Shown piece after piece: positions 61,613 to 64,000 of a stretch of DNA of 64,000 nucleotides. Both the position numbers and the translations under genes were made by a program. The DNA is from Octopus vulgaris (lineage: Eukaryota): positions 30,070,001-30,134,000 of the forward strand of contig OX597831.1 of assembly GCA_951406725.2 (NCBI GenBank), read 5' to 3'. Numbering within the stretch: the first letter of the stretch is position 1; the number at the start of each line of letters is the position of its first letter. Below the pieces are notes generated by a model. That model was not told where the DNA came from and did no database searches. It worked only from the letters and a program-made list of their open reading frames with translations.

Positions 61613-63430
61613 ACTGGCCTTCCATACTTTGTGATTTTGGCACCGCTGGCTTTCCATACTTTGTGATTTGGGCACCGCTGGCTTTTCATACTTTGTGATT
61701 TGGGCACCGCTGGCTTTTCATACTTTGTGATTTGGGCACCACTGGCCTTCCATACTTTGTGATTTTGGCACCGCAAATGTTATCCGACAATTTTCCGAAA
61801 ATTTTAACCAAAAAGTTATCGAAAATTGCCGAAAATTTTAACCAGAAAGTTTTCCCCAAAAATTTTTCGAAAATTATCACCGAAAATGGCACCGCTGGCT
61901 TTCCATACTTTGTGATTTGGGCACCGCTGGCTTTTCATACTTTGTGATTTGGGCACCACTGGCCTTCCATACTTTGTGATTTTGGCAACGCAAATGTTAT
62001 CCGACAATTTTCCGAAAATTTTAACCAAAAAGTTATCGAAAATTACCGAAAATTTTAACCAGAAAGTTTTCAAAAATTTTCATCGAAAGCTTTACCCAAA
62101 AATTTACAGAAAATTTCACCCAAAAAGTTTTCGAATATTTTCCCCAAAAATTTCTCGAAAATTTTCACCTAAAATTTTCCCCAAAAATTTTTCGAAAATT
62201 TTCACGGAAAATTTTCCCAAAAGTTTTTCGAAAATTTTCACGGAAAATTTTACCCAAAATTTTTCGAAAGTTTTACCCCAAAATTTGTCCAAAATTTTCC
62301 CCGAGCTAAAAATGGCTAAAAATAGATTTTTAGGTGGCTGTTGCTGCTGCTTTCTGTGTATAGAGTGAATTCTGGTTTACTCCTACTGTCAAGATGCCTC
62401 ACCATCGACGATACACCAGATTCTGCTTTACACTTAACAACTATGACGATATCGACGTTTATAGACTTCAGCATATGGAGCATATTCGTTATATGGTTTA
62501 TCGAAAATTTTAACCGAAAATTTTTGGCGAAACTTTTATCCAAAATTTTTTTTAAAATTTTCACTGAAAATTTTCAGCAAAAATCTTTCGAAAAATTTCA
62601 CCGAAAATTTTCCCCAAAAATTTTTCGAAAATTTTCCCCAAAGATTTTTCGAAAATTTTCACCGAAATTTTACGCAAAAATTTTCCCCGAAAATTTTCTC
62701 AAGAATTTTTCCAAAATTTTCATCGAAAATTTTCCACAAAAATTTTTCCAAAATTTTCACCGTAAATTTTTCCCCAAAAATTTTCCAAAATTTTCACAGA
62801 AAATTTTACCTAAAAATTTTAGCGGTTCAAAAATCAGAAATTATGGCTTTCCATACTTTGTGATTTTGGCACCGCTGGCCTTCCATACTTTTTGAAGTTG
62901 GCACAGCTGGCCTTCCATACTTTTTGAGTTTGGCACCGCTGGCCTTCCATACTTTCTGATTTATGACAACCGATGCTGGTGTGTTTATGACAAAAATCAC
63001 AAATTATGGCTTTCCATACTTTGTGATTTTGGCACCGCTGGCCTTCCATACTTTATGATTTTGGCTCCGCTGGCCTTCCATACTTTTTGAAGTTGGCACC
63101 GCTGACCTACCATACTTTTTGAAGTTGGCACCGCTGGCCTTCCATACTTTTTGATTTTGGCTCCGCTGGCCCTCCATACTTCTTGATTTTAGCACCGCTG
63201 GCCTTCCATACTTTATGATTTTGGCTCCGCTGGCCATCCATACTTTTTGATTTTAGCACCGCTGGCCTTCCATACTTTTTGATTTTGGCACAGCCGGCCT
63301 TCCATACTTTTTGATTTTGGCACAGCTGGCCTTCCATACTTTTTGATTTTGGCACAGCTGGCTTTGTGATTTTCGAAAATTTTTATTTAGAATTTTTCCA
63401 AAATTTTAACCGAAAATTCTACCCAAAAAT
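61613..63430. repeat. Composite satellite: 32-bp GGCACCGCTGGCCTTCCATACTTTNTGATTTT blocks interleaved with ~11-12-bp TTTTCNGAAAA-type blocks
   Basis: Periodicity is directly visible and produces the repetitive ORFs in the track. Confidence 0.9.
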
Positions 63431-63594
63431 TATATATGCACGTATATATATATGCACGTATATATATATATATACATGTAGGTATGTACATATATGGATG
63501 TATACATGCATATATTTATATATTATTTATATTATTATATGATCGAACGCCACGATTATATTTTCCAAGTAAGTTTTATATATATATATATATG

Positions 63595-63650
<56 letters not shown>

Positions 63651-63833
63651 CTCTCTTACTCTTTTACTTGTTTCAGTCATTTGACTGCGGCCATGCTGGA
63701 GCACCGCCTTCAATCGAGCAAATCGACCTCGGGACTTATTCTTTTGTAAGCCCAGTACTTATTCTATCGGTCTCTTTTGCTGAAAGTACTTATTCTAGGG
63801 GACAAACACAGACACACAAATACTCACACGCAT

Positions 63834-63866
<33 letters not shown>

Positions 63867-64000
63867 CATATATACGACGGGCTTCTTTTAGTTTCCGTCT
63901 ATCAAATCTACTCACAAGGCTTTGGTCGGCCCGAGGCTATAGCAGAAGACACTTACCCAAGGTCCACGCAGTGGGACTGAATCCGGAACCATGCGGTTGG

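Noticed and set aside
61613-63360. 32-bp repeats as a possible CRISPR array, or their ORFs as repeat proteins
   Set aside because: Head-to-tail monomers without unique spacers, no cas genes, eukaryotic context; the ORFs are by-products of periodicity

Overview
AT-rich, repeat-dense animal DNA; the SINE, MITE and RTE families and the microsatellite load suggest an octopus (inference). There are two protein-coding genes, both on the minus strand. One is an intronless two-pore channel TPC2 (4049-6613). The other is a 10-exon NOP56 (ATG at 39161-39163, stop at 13992, 679 aa), reconstructed by hand with all intron phases consistent. NOP56 introns carry RNA genes that the ORF track does not show: six copies of an H/ACA snoRNA predicted to guide the 18S Psi1347-equivalent site (four of them in a ~1.58-kb tandem array in intron 3), and one long box C/D snoRNA with two-part complementarity to the U6 internal stem-loop. 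From ~43.2 to 57.4 kb lies a ~2.76-kb tandem array with four tRNA-Lys(CTT) genes. Three units also carry a decayed type I hammerhead-ribozyme motif, one unit has a 5'-truncated RTE LINE and one has a Merlin-like MITE. An inverted tRNA-Lys, a deleted pseudo-tRNA, retroelement fossils and a composite satellite end the window. Nearly all other listed ORFs are artefacts of repeats.
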